The notes beneath the pieces are model-generated. The model was not told where the DNA came from, searched no databases, and worked only from the letters and a program-made list of their open reading frames with translations. Both the position numbers and the translations under genes were made by a program. A DNA stretch of 64,000 nt from Octopus vulgaris. Its lineage: Eukaryota. This document shows positions 1 to 10,583 of this stretch, piece after piece (within the stretch, counting starts at the first letter, position 1; every line of letters begins with the position of its first letter). Where the stretch lies: positions 53,754,001 to 53,818,000 of the forward strand of contig OX597816.1 of NCBI GenBank assembly GCA_951406725.2, written 5' to 3'.

Positions 1-363
1 GTAAGCCTAGTACTTATTCTATCGGTCTGTTTTGCCGAACCGCTAAGTTACGGGGTGTTACACATTCATATCTACGTGTATACGTAGGTATACGTGTGTA
101 GAATACATCCCCACTTTTGGTACTATTTTGTTAGTAAACAGTACGAACTCTGTCTAAAGTATATATGTATCACTACGCTGAATGTTGACAGTTCTTGTAA
201 CAAATAAAGTAAATAAACACGTAAAACAATAACAATGGCTTCATTGAGTTGTCTATCACCCATCGAGAACGAAACTACGCATAACATAGTGACGCATAAC
301 ACGGGGATGTAAACACACCAGCATCGGTTGTCAAGCGATGTTGGGGGACAAATAGACACACAC

Positions 364-365
<2 letters not shown>
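1..365 (-). mobile_element. tRNA-derived SINE (family A), partial copy split into 1-60 and ~290-365
   Basis: 1-60 and 290-365 match the body of the full copies at 951-1361 and 37725-38112 (tacttattctatcggtc, aaacacaccagcatcggttgtcaagc). A (TA)n tract follows. Confidence 0.8.
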
Positions 366-432
<67 letters not shown>

Positions 433-434
<2 letters not shown>

Positions 435-1172
435 TCCTTACGAGGAGTTTTTTTTAAATATTTGCTTCTATCGGTAGCCATTGTGCACAGCCCAAATTTT
501 AAAAGTGGAGTTGTGAAAATTTTACAATATGCAGAAGCAGAGCTAACTTCGGATGAAGTGGCTGCTCTTCATCAGTGGTGAGACACATCATAATAGTCTG
601 ATTTACTTGTAGAAGATGATTTTGCTTCAGTTTGTTTGAAAAAACACACAAAAAATTGAAATTTCACCTCAGCAATATCTAAACTGTAGATTTTTCTCAC
701 CAACGTCCAACATCTTGGAACGTTTCTTCAGCTCGGCAGGTTACATTTTTAATGATTTTCGGCAATAGTTAATACCAATGAATTTATCTGCAATCATTCA
801 TGACCTTTTGCTATATCAGAAAATTTTAAGTGTGTTACTCGTTTGAGAAACTCTTTCAATTAAAGACCTTCAATTTATTTGTTTTTCAACTACTGTACAA
901 TATAGAGTATACATGTTGCTTGTTCCCTATTCTAAATCAATTATATTGAACTTTACTCTTTACTCTTTTACTCTTTTACTTGTTTCAGTCATTTGACTGC
1001 GGCCATGCTGGAGCACCGCCTTTAGTCGAGCAAATCGACCCCGGGACTTATTCTTTGTAAGCCCAGTACTTATTCTATCGGTCTCTTTTTGCCGAACCGC
1101 TAAATAACGGGGACGTAAACACACCAGCATCGGTTGTCAAGCAATGCTAGGGGGACAAACACAGACACACAA

Positions 1173-1213
<41 letters not shown>

Positions 1214-1521
1214 CGACAGGCTTCTTTCAGTTTCCGTCTACCAAATCCACTCACAAGGCTTTGGTTGGCCCGGGGCTATAGCAGAAGACACTTGCCCAAG
1301 ATGCCACGCAGTGGGACTGAACCCGGAACCATGAGGTTGGTTAGCAAGCTACTTACCACACAACATTTTCTGATAATAAAGTTTTCAAAACTATTTTCCT
1401 ATCAGTTTGGTTCTTATCTAAATCGAAGCTAACACTCCAAAATATACGGTGTTTTTACGTTCAGCAAAATAACTGAAAATGAATTGCAATTAATTGCAAT
1501 AATTGATTGGCCTGTATCCCT
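433..1521 (+). mobile_element. hAT-type DNA transposon remnant (transposase C-terminus plus probable 3' end), interrupted by a SINE
   Basis: ~675-785 translates YLNCRFFSPTSNILERFFSSAGYIFNDFRQ*LIPMNL, the hAT dimerisation motif (TSxxxERxFSxAG). The segment ends ...cctgtatccctg at 1521, a CAG-type TIR on the reverse strand. Confidence 0.6.
951..1361 (-). mobile_element. tRNA-derived SINE (family A), near full length
   Basis: On the minus strand: B-box GGTTCAGTCCC, internal (TA)/(TG) microsatellite, 3' end ggcggtgctccagcatggccgcagtcaaatgactgaaac and an (AGTAAAAG)n tail. Multiple copies occur in the window. Confidence 0.9.
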
Positions 1522-1555
1522 GAATGCTAGGAAAATAATTGATTGGAAAGGTTCT

Positions 1556-2690
1556 GTAGCAATATTGTTTTCTTCATTGCTATCTTCACTGTTTGAGAGA
1601 AATATTAAGAATGATCTCGTTTGAGATTACAAACATTTTTGGCTAGTTTAACGTTGTTGTGTCCACTATTTTGATTGGTTGGCATATAAGCGCGGTCTGT
1701 CTCTCTACTTATTTCGCGCTTCTGGCCAAAGCCAACCAATCACGGCCTTTGGTTAAGGTCCCATTTCCTAGGCTCTGTTGAGCCACCTTACTTGTATATA
1801 AGGGAGTGTTTTCAGTATACTTGCGTCTTTGGTTCCAGTCCTTATAAGGGCTAACCTCTGACCACAGAGCTACTCAACATGTTCCAGTCACAGCGACAGA
1901 CGATCAGCCACGACGACGCTAATGTACACCCGCAACAGAAAACTAATTTCTATCTCCGCCGCCGTCGTCACCATCATTGTACCAACTTCAAGTAGCCATC
2001 ACCATCGTCTACTTCAGACATGTACACACCAACTTCCCAGATTCAACTCATACTGTTAGTGTAAAAATCTCACCACGGAAAAACAGTTGCAGTATATATA
2101 TCTGAAAGAATATCTATATCAAGAGAAAAATAACCAAGCAAAACATGATATGAAGACGCTATAGTAAACCAAGCGACAGACATAACGTCATCGCCAACAT
2201 CGTCTCTATCTACGAAGATTTAACTTGTACACAAGATAACTACAGATTCAACTCATGCTGTTAGGTGAAAATCTCGCCACGGAAAAATAGTTGCAGTATA
2301 TATATCTGAAAGAATATCTATATCAAGAGAAAGATAAGCACAACAAGTGATTCAACTAATCTCAGCTCCGAGACACAACATCTTGATATTGAACTCTTAC
2401 ACTTCGTGTACCTCATGAACAGTAAATCAATTTCCATCTTTAACTCCATGCTTTGTACCTTTCTATGCCACACGCATTTACCCTGATGGTATCTGTCACA
2501 CACACGAACACACAGACACAAACACGTGTTGCATGCACACGCGCACACACGCACTTGCTAGCACTCACAACCTTCTAACCTTAACACCAATTGTAAATAA
2601 AATCTATTCTTCTCTCAAACAGTATAACGGCTTTGTCGTCAATTCACCTATGTTCTTTTGGTACTGCATTGTATTTATGGCTTATAATAA
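1556..2690 (+). mobile_element. possible solo LTR with an internal ~100-bp direct duplication (2038-2135 / 2243-2340)
   Basis: Starts TGTAGC, has a TATA-like tatataag at ~1795 and AATAAA at ~2596. The duplicated block cagattcaactca...gaaagaatatctatatcaagaga is seen directly. No clean CA end or TSD. Confidence 0.35.
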
Positions 2691-2819
2691 TTCGTTAAGA
2701 ATATGACCACGTGCGATCGTATTCCCTACACAATGCGACCACGTGCGTTCATATTGCTTACAGTTCCAATCAATTATTTACAACCCCTACTCAAGAGACA
2801 ATGGATCTGCACCCGAATA

Positions 2820-3171
2820 GTGGTGCAGCGTCTGCTGATGCTGTTGAGCGAACGGTCTTCGTCCGTAGTAGAAGTCCGATACGTGGTCCTTTGCTATTCG
2901 TAAGACCCACAGAAGAGAAAGCAGGTCAACCCCCGGATGGATGAATGCGCATCCAGGCTCAGCGGTTGCGTAGGAAGTCGGGGACAAGAAACAGGAAGAA
3001 AGAGTGAGAGAAAGTTGGAGCGACAGAGTACAACAGGGGTCTCCACCCTATCCCCTGCCGGAGCCTCGTGGAGCCTTAGGTGTTTTCGCTCAATAAACAC
3101 ACACAACGCCCGGCCTGGGAATCGAAACCGCGATCCTCCGACCGCGAGTACGCTGCCCTAACCATTGGGCC
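2820..3171 (-). mobile_element. tRNA-derived SINE (family B)
   Basis: Minus-strand head gtggcccaatggttagggcagcg...ggtttcgattccc carries A box TGGCCCAATGG and B box GTTTCGATTCC, followed by a non-tRNA body. Confidence 0.7.
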
Positions 3172-3258
3172 ACTTGCTGTTGCTGTAAATTCTGCAGTGT
3201 AGAAGCTCATACGGGAGTGGTAGTCACGCATACATCAACTGCATTTAAAGAAATTCTC

Positions 3259-3565
3259 TTACGGCTCTACTGATTTTTCCTTCCGTCGAGTTCGCTTTTT
3301 TTTCCTTTTTTTTCTGGTGGCAAGTCCCTGTTTCTTTTTCCCTCGCTTCTTCCCCTTTCGCAGTATTTGTCTCCAGTATAGGCGATCATTTGTGACCTCC
3401 TCCCATCTCATGACGTCCAGATCAAGTGATTTCGTATATCTCTGACCGACGTCCTTGAAATGAAGATGAGGTTGTCCTCGTGCTCGTGTGCCGGTGGCCA
3501 TTTACAAATACAGTACAGGAGGTCTTTCGGGATCTTTCCATCCAGCATGCGATGTACATAAACAA
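3259..3565 (-). mobile_element. RTE/BovB-like LINE C-terminal fragment
   Basis: Translates MLDGKIPKDLLY and TGTRARGQPHLHFKD...RWEEVTNDRLYWRQ, a typical RTE C-terminus. Confidence 0.7.
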
Positions 3566-3985
3566 GTGATATTTTGAAAAAGAACAATAGAATTTTTAGA
3601 GAAAGTGAAGCAGATATTCCAGATCAACTAAGTGAAGTCCATTCCATTTTTCAAGTCGTTGACTTTATTAGTTTATAGCACTGACCAGGAAGTAGAAAGC
3701 TGGCATGGTTGCACACACACACAAAAAAACATACCCAGGAAAGTCATTTACATAAAGCGTCACACTTAGTAGTAAGGAGATATGAACTGGTGTCACTCAT
3801 TCGACCTTAGAATACACATATACTCATAGACATACATATTATTTTAAGTTTTTTATATGAATATGTACTGTATATATGCTCAATTATCCTCAATATAGTT
3901 TGTATGTATACACATATGAGAACATCAGTATACACCCATATACACATATATAATCGCACATGCACTCGCATATATGATTATGTGG

Positions 3986-4037
<52 letters not shown>

Positions 4038-4041
<4 letters not shown>

Positions 4042-4263
4042 CGTGCTGGCAGAATCGTTAGCACGCCGGGCGAAATGCCTAGCAGTATTTCGTCTGTCGT
4101 TACGTTCTGAGTTCAAATTCCGCCGAGGTTGACTTTGCCTTTCATCCTTTCGGGGTCGATAAATAAAGTACCTGTTTCGCACTGGGGTCGATGTAATCAA
4201 CTTAATCCCTTTGTCTGTCCTTGTTCGTCCCCTCTGTGTTTAGCCCCTTGTAGGTTATAAATA
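4038..4263 (+). mobile_element. SINE family C (tRNA-like head with Meta-like central domain)
   Basis: ctggcagaatcgttagc...gagttcaaattcc (A/B boxes), then gcctttcatcctttcggggtcgataaataaagtacc. The same family occurs at 41521-41745 (+) and ~35400-35570 (-). Confidence 0.8.
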
Positions 4264-4506
4264 ACATATATATATATACATATATATATAGCTTATGGGA
4301 GGTAATGGTGTCAAGAAGACCCAAAGGTGTCAAGTAATGCTGAGTAAGTGCTATGGACAGACTATAGTTAAGCTCCAGATTCGATGATTATACGAATGTA
4401 GAGTCCAACGTAGGTCATATATTAGCGTGCATATATATAAAAATTAACAGATGAGATTAAAAAATCCAAGGCTATGAAAGATTTCAGAACATTTATTAAG
4501 AGAAGG

Positions 4507-4552
4507 TCTTACAGCTGTTTCCGGGATATTTTATATACCCCTTCATCAGAGA
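4507..4552 (-). ncRNA. minimal type I hammerhead ribozyme
   Basis: Minus strand: tct CTGATGA aggggtatataaaatatcccg GAAA CAGCTG TA aga. It has a canonical core, stem II ggggtat/atatccc, palindromic stem III CAGCTG and stem I tct/aga. Confidence 0.75.
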
Positions 4553-4887
4553 TGGTGCGAGGAAATGGTTAAGCAATAGTTATTATAGAGAAAATATGAA
4601 ATACAGAGTGAAGTGGAGGAAGGAAAATAGATGTGAGATGCGTAACAATATTGTATCCTCAGTTCCATTATTTGAGCAAAGACTCCATGCTTAGAATGAC
4701 CAAATATAAGCAACATTGGAACCCACACACAAGGTACAAGAAATTTATATATACACCATTCTGCTCAAATAATAGAACTGCGGATACAATATCCTTACGT
4801 ATCTCACTTCTATTTTCCTTCCTCCACTTCACTCAGTATTTCATATCTTGTCTATAATGACTATTGCTTAACCATTTTCTCGCACCA

Positions 4888-4933
4888 TCTCTGATGAAGG
4901 GATATATAAAATATCCCGGAAACAGATGTAAGA
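4888..4933 (+). ncRNA. minimal type I hammerhead ribozyme (mirror copy, stem III loop variant CAGATG)
   Basis: tct CTGATGA agggatatataaaatatcccg GAAA cagatg TA aga, with stem II gggatat/atatccc. Confidence 0.7.
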
Positions 4934-4997
4934 CCTTCTCTTAATAAGTGTTCTGAAATCTTTCATAGCCTTGGATTTTTTAAATCTCATTCGGTTA

Positions 4998-5039
<42 letters not shown>

Positions 5040-5041
<2 letters not shown>

Positions 5042-6128
5042 AGGAAATCGGGAGAATACTAAATCAGATATTCCTGGAACAAGGCCCCGTGGATGAACTG
5101 CTTCTTGATTATGGCACTGCATTTCGCTCAGAGGTACTGAAAGAAATTCTTGATGGGTGGCCGGTCAGCCGCATCTTCAGGGTGGCATTCCGACCAAGTG
5201 GAAATGGGGTGGTAGAAAGGCATCATCGTACCATTAAGACCATGGCAAGGAAGAGCCACATTTCATCAATCGAGGCCGTATTTTGGTACAATATGTCGCC
5301 CAGGTCAGGACAGGCTAAGGAGTCGGTGCCACACAGGGCAATATTCAGGTACGAGTGGAGGCATCCGTGTACTGCATCAATGCGATCTGGGGGAGATGAA
5401 GAGCACATCTTCGTGCAGGTCCGGAGAAGATTTTGGGTAAAACCCCCAAATGCACGGTGTACATCACGATGGGGAAAGGGAACAATAACTTCCATCAATT
5501 CGAAGAATAACTTCTCTGTCAATGGTATGCCACGCCATGTTTTGGACGTGCGGAAGATTGTCTATGTCTCAGAGGATGGAACCAGCAGCAGTGGGCAAGA
5601 TGAGGACAGCAACAGTAGGCAAGAAGATGAAGACAGCAGCAGTAGGCAAGATGATGAAGCCTGCAGCAGCATGCCAGAATTCAGGCCAGTGCCGGGGTTG
5701 CACGGGGACAACGGAGGGAGCGGCACTCTCCTCCCTGGTCGGCTGATTATGAAACCAGTTAAGGTGTGAGTTCGGGAGCGAGGAGTGAGTGGGAAAGCCG
5801 GTTGAATGATCTATAGATCAGGGGGCAGCGTGTGGTGCTTGTGGTGTTATGGGCTGTGATGAGCTATGTGGTGTTGGTGGAGAGGATTGCAGATGAGGTA
5901 AACGGAAGTGAAAAGTGCAGGGGCCGGCGGGAGATCCACAGGGCATGCGTGGGAAGGAAGCACATGAGGGCAGTTTGAGGAGAGATGGCGGGTGTGGAAC
6001 GATGTGTTTTTCTTCACGATAAGGACAGTGATCGCTCATCCCGCCTCGGTCAACAGGTAAGGTATCTGTATTTCTTTCTCCCTTTTGCTTCTTTTTCTGT
6101 TGTCTTTTTCCTCCATCACACAACAACA
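5040..6128 (+). mobile_element. Gypsy/Ty3 LTR retrotransposon 3' fragment: integrase C-terminal half plus probable 3' LTR (~5831-6128)
   Basis: ORF 5089-5769 contains D-YGTAF and RPSGNGVVERHHRTIK (rve core). A purine tract aggggg precedes TGTGG at 5831, and the segment ends ...caacaaca. It is 5'-truncated at (TA)n. Confidence 0.75.
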
Positions 6129-6443
6129 ACCTTCATGCACATACATACGTGCACATATTTATACAGAACGCATACATGTCTATATATACATATAAGCACA
6201 CACAACTCCACATAGGGATAATTTAAGTAATACAAGGATTCTCAAAAAATTTCCTTTAGTGGATCAGGCTACAAACCACATTAGTAAACCAAAATATAGG
6301 GGTGTAATGTATAGTCCTATGCAGCTGAATTCCACTAAATCCAATCATTAATAATTATTTCATGAGGTGTATATAAAATATAAAGAAAGAGAGATATGAG
6401 ATGAATATATTTACTTCATCAGTTGATATCCTTTATATCCATC

Positions 6444-6605
6444 TGATTACGATCGTTTCGCAACCATTATCATAGAAAAATAATTTAATTTAGTGTATAA
6501 TAAATTATTTTGCATTACTGTATTAACGTATATGCTATAAATTATATAGTACTATTGTACAATTTATAATTTAGTATAGGTAAAGAAGGCTTGCTCTTCA
6601 GATTA
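6444..6605 (-). ncRNA. degenerate hammerhead ribozyme candidate with long AT-rich loop II, within a probable Penelope-like non-coding repeat (~6213-7300)
   Basis: Minus strand: taat CTGAAGA gcaagcc ...(~125 nt)... ggttgc GAAA CGATCG TA atca. Stem III is palindromic; stem I is imperfect. Confidence 0.45.
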
Positions 6606-7339
6606 AAAAATATCATGGTTACATCTAGTCATCAACTCAATATTGACATACAAAAGGAGGAAGACATCTTCGAAATATTGGTGTTTAGAAGACAATAATC
6701 AATAAAACAGTTTTCTATAGGCGGGAGGAGGGAGATTTAGTAAGATATTAGAAAGTAAACAGTGGATAGTGACAGTGGAAGAGATTTCATGCAATATGAT
6801 ATTAAGAGATAGTCATATATATTTTACCGTTAATAACCTAGAAGTTATAAGACATTTTTTTCAATAGCAGTCGCATAACTCATTGATCAAGAATGCCAGC
6901 AAGGTATCGGCTATCAAAAGAATACCAGTAATAGTATTAGAGAGGGTTGAAAAATGAAATAAGAGAGAAGTTTGCTGATATAGTATTTACGAAATATTGG
7001 GATTAAAATCAACGAGAAATAAAATGAAAGCAAAAATTTAGGATGAGAAAAAGGAAAACAGGGTAATCGCAATATAAGTCAGTATGGCAAAAGGAAGGAT
7101 ATTGATCTAAGGAAGGATAAGGTAAGCAAATAGGAATAATAATGGGATGCATTAATCAAGATAGCGTTTAGAAATATGTAATTAATTATATTGGACAGCT
7201 AGATATATATTTAAAAAATGTACTTGAAGATAATTTGTAATTATTGTTAGTATTGAAAATAGGGTAGAAATATTAGACTTAAATATATACATGAGAGTGA
7301 GAAAAAAAAAAGCACAATTCACCAGCTTATGTTGAAAAT

Positions 7340-7910
7340 TTTAGGGCGCTGTGAAACCTCTCTAATGACTATTAAGGCACGCCAGCACGCCTGCAGCGTT
7401 GCCGCGGGTGATGGCGAGGCTGATGCACTGGAACAACCAAGAGTCCTCACGAGCTTCACCAGTTACCTCTGCTAGGTGAGCTGCCAGTGAAGACAGGAAT
7501 CACGCAGCCAGAGGTCTGACCTCACCAAACGTCTCGAACGTCAGAGGATGAAAAATGTAGTTGGCCGACAGATCGCCGTACTTCAGGATTTTATTCCGTT
7601 CAGCCACAGAAGTTGTGAATCTCGTCCTGGCCGCAGTATCCAGGATGTGAGAAGCAAAGGAGTCGTCGCTAACTGTGACGTCACAGACACAGCATCTTCC
7701 TCTCGACTAGGGGCACAGGGCGAGGCCGTCAGGTCTTTTCCTATCACATCTGGACAACCCAGATGGTTCCAAGATGGAGGGGACGTTTGCCCGGGCCAAG
7801 CTCCTCTTAAGTATTAGGTTTAACTCTGCACGACGCGCAAAACGACCAGCATTCAGGCGACAAGAAACACCATGGAAACCTGTAGAGCTTGCCATAACGA
7901 CAGCTCAAGC
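7340..7910 (-). mobile_element. CRE-clade non-LTR retrotransposon 3' fragment (zinc-knuckle end plus restriction-like endonuclease)
   Basis: Translates GFHGVSC...GRFARRAELNLILKRSLARANVPSILEPSGLSRCDRKRPDGL...DVT...FETFG...WLFQCISLAITRGNAA, the CRE-type KRPDG RLE signature. In-frame stops are present. Confidence 0.75.
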
Positions 7911-8344
7911 CCTAAAATTTAAATGGTCAGGTGGTCGAGTAGACTATATAAAGATAGCAACTTATCCGACCTCTCCCTTTTTAATACGCACACAAAGTCT
8001 ACGGTCCTTAAAAAAAGATAAAGAAAGACATATTATCTAATGCTTGAGTGTAATATATCTGAAATAAAAAGATGAGATGGTTACAAGTAAAATACGAGTG
8101 AACAACACTAAACAACAATATTATGGACAACAGATTTTCAGTACATGAAAGTACAATTCACCGATTTGTTTTTTCAATATTTTCCCATTTCTTTTATTTG
8201 CAAAACTGAGAAATCGAAAGATCGAAAAATAAATCAGAAAAAAAAAAAATTACAAGATTTGGATAGTCTAATTTTAGAGGGTTCGGAAGTAACCTTGTGT
8301 GTTAGTAGATGTAGAGTGGGGTTGACAAGTTTTTATGTTATTAA

Positions 8345-10066
8345 GTATAGTGAAGAATTCCGGTACAGTGAAGAATTCCGGGTAGAGGTAGGGGTCCATC
8401 AAGGTTCAGTCCTCAGCCCCCTCCTATTTATCATAGTCCTCCATGCAATAACGGAGAAATTCAAGACAGGATGTCCCTGGGAGCTCCTCTATGCTGATGA
8501 CCTTGCTCTAATTGCTGAGTCACTAACAGAACTAGAGGAGAAGTTTCAAGTATGGAAACAAAGATTAGAATCGAAAGGCCTTAGAGTCAACCTAGCCAAA
8601 ACCAAAGTCCTAATAAGTAGGAAGGCAGGCAAACCCCAAATCCCTTCAGGTAGATGGCCCTGCTCGAACTGTAGAAAAGGCGTAGGTAGAAACTCTATAA
8701 GATGTACCCAGTGTAAGCTATGGACACATAAGAGGTGCAGCAATATCAAAGGAAGGCTAACTGGGAGGATAGTTTTCGTATGTGGCAGATGCTTGCTAGC
8801 TATAAATAACACTGAAAATGTGCAGAGAACAACTTCCGCCACATTCCAGGGAGAAAAACTAGAAGTAGTTGATAGCTTCCGTTACCTAGGTGACCAAGTC
8901 AGTAGCGGGGAAGGGTGCACTGAAAATGTAGCTGCTAGAATAAGAATAGCCTGGGCTAAGTTCAGAGAGCTCTTACCTCTGCTGGTGACAAAGGGCCTCT
9001 CACTCAGAGTAAAAGGTAGACTGTACGACGCATGTGTACGAACAGCCATGCTACATGGCAATGAAACATGGGCCGTGACTGCTGAGGATATGCGTAAGCT
9101 CGCAAGGAATGAAACCAGCATGCTCCGATGGATGTGTAATGTCAGTGTGAATACTCGACAGGGTGTTAGTGCCCTGAGAGAAAGGTTGGACCTAAGAAGC
9201 ATCAGATGTGGTGTGCAAAAGAGACGACTGCGCTGGTATGGTCATGTGGCGAGAATGGATGTGGATAGCTGTGTGAAAAAGTGCCACACCCTAGCAGTTG
9301 AGGGAACCTGTGGAAGTGGTAGACCCAAGAAGACCTGGGATGAAGTGGTGAAGCATGACCTTCAAACATTGGGCCTCACCGAGGCAATGACTATTGACCG
9401 GGACCTCTGGAAATATGCTGTGTTGCAGAAATATGCTGTGCTGCAGAAGACTCGGTAAGCGCAAGTGTGACCATAACCTTGTAGCCTATGCCAGGGGTGT
9501 AACCAGTCCACTTATGCGTGCCTTTCCTTCATTGGACACTAAACTCTGCTTGCGAAGACCTGTTGAAGCAAGTGAAATCGAAGTCGAAATCAAACTCGGT
9601 GACTGGCATCCGTTGCTAGCGGAGCGTTAAGAGTACCATACGAGTGAGATGGTTGCCAGAGCAACAAGCTGGCCTTCGTGCCAATGGCACGTTAAACACA
9701 CCATTCGAGCGTGATCGTAACCGCGTCGCCTTACTAGCACTTGTGCTGGTGGCACTTGAAACATTCGAGCGATGTCATCACCAGTGCCGCTGGACTAGCT
9801 CCTGTGCAGGTGGCACATAAAAAGCACCATTTGGGCGTGGCCGTTGCCAGTACCACCAAACTGGCTCTCGTGCCGGTGGCACGTAAAAGCACCCACTACA
9901 CTCTTGAAGTGGTTGGCATTAGGAAGGGCATCCAGCTGTAGAAACTCTGCCAGATCAGATTGGAGTCTGGTTCGCCAGACCTCAGTCAAATCGTCCAACC
10001 CATGCTAACATGGAAAGCAGACGTTAAGTGATGATGATGGTGATGATGATGATGATGATGGTGATG
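8345..10066 (+). mobile_element. 5'-truncated RTE-clade LINE (RT 3' half, embedded PHD-like finger, 3' UTR, (GAT)n tail)
   Basis: The ORF to 9458 contains GVHQGSVLSPLLF, LLYADD, FRYLG and RRLRWYGHV. An 18-bp tandem duplication sits at the 5' junction (8345-8380), and the tail is at 10029-10066. Confidence 0.9.
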
Positions 10067-10377
10067 AAGAAAAGTTAATATCCATAGACTAATTTTGATT
10101 CTGTATAGCACTGACATTCATTTTAACGATTCTCTGATTTTTTTTTTTTTAGTGATCCTCAACTAGATTTCAAAAGTTTCAAACATCATAATGGTCCCTG
10201 GAGGTTTGTAACTTCATACAAGTCGTGTAGAGGTTATGGGGCTGCCCCGCCTCTCTTCACTGGCTTGATTTTAGAAATTTGAATTATCGTCTGCATTACT
10301 TTCTCACAGTCTTTCAAGAAAAAGAAAAAACTCATCACGTTCGAAATAAGAAATTCTTTTGTTTCAAATTAGGGGGA

Positions 10378-10447
10378 ATATACATACATACACACACACA
10401 AACACACACGCACGAACGCACGCACGCACACACGCACACACACACAC

Positions 10448-10492
<45 letters not shown>

Positions 10493-10552
10493 TACATACA
10501 TACATACATACATACATACATACATACATACATACATACATACATACATACA

Positions 10553-10581
<29 letters not shown>
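10378..10581. repeat. (CA)n/(CATA)n microsatellite
   Basis: Seen directly. Similar tracts occur at ~14915-15085, 58070-58300 and 61330-61510. Confidence 0.95.

Positions 10582-10583
<2 letters not shown>

Larger units (their letters stand above)
4440..5001. repeat. inverted repeat (arms ~4440-4678 and ~4762-5001), Penelope-like pseudo-LTR pair
   Basis: The arms are reverse complements (about 90% by eye). Each carries a hammerhead motif, and both ends abut TA runs. Confidence 0.85.

Noticed and set aside
8145-8344. N-terminal extension of the 437-aa ORF as a host-RTE fusion gene
   Set aside because: It is low-complexity flank that happens to be open upstream of the 5' truncation point at ~8345, with no domain signal.
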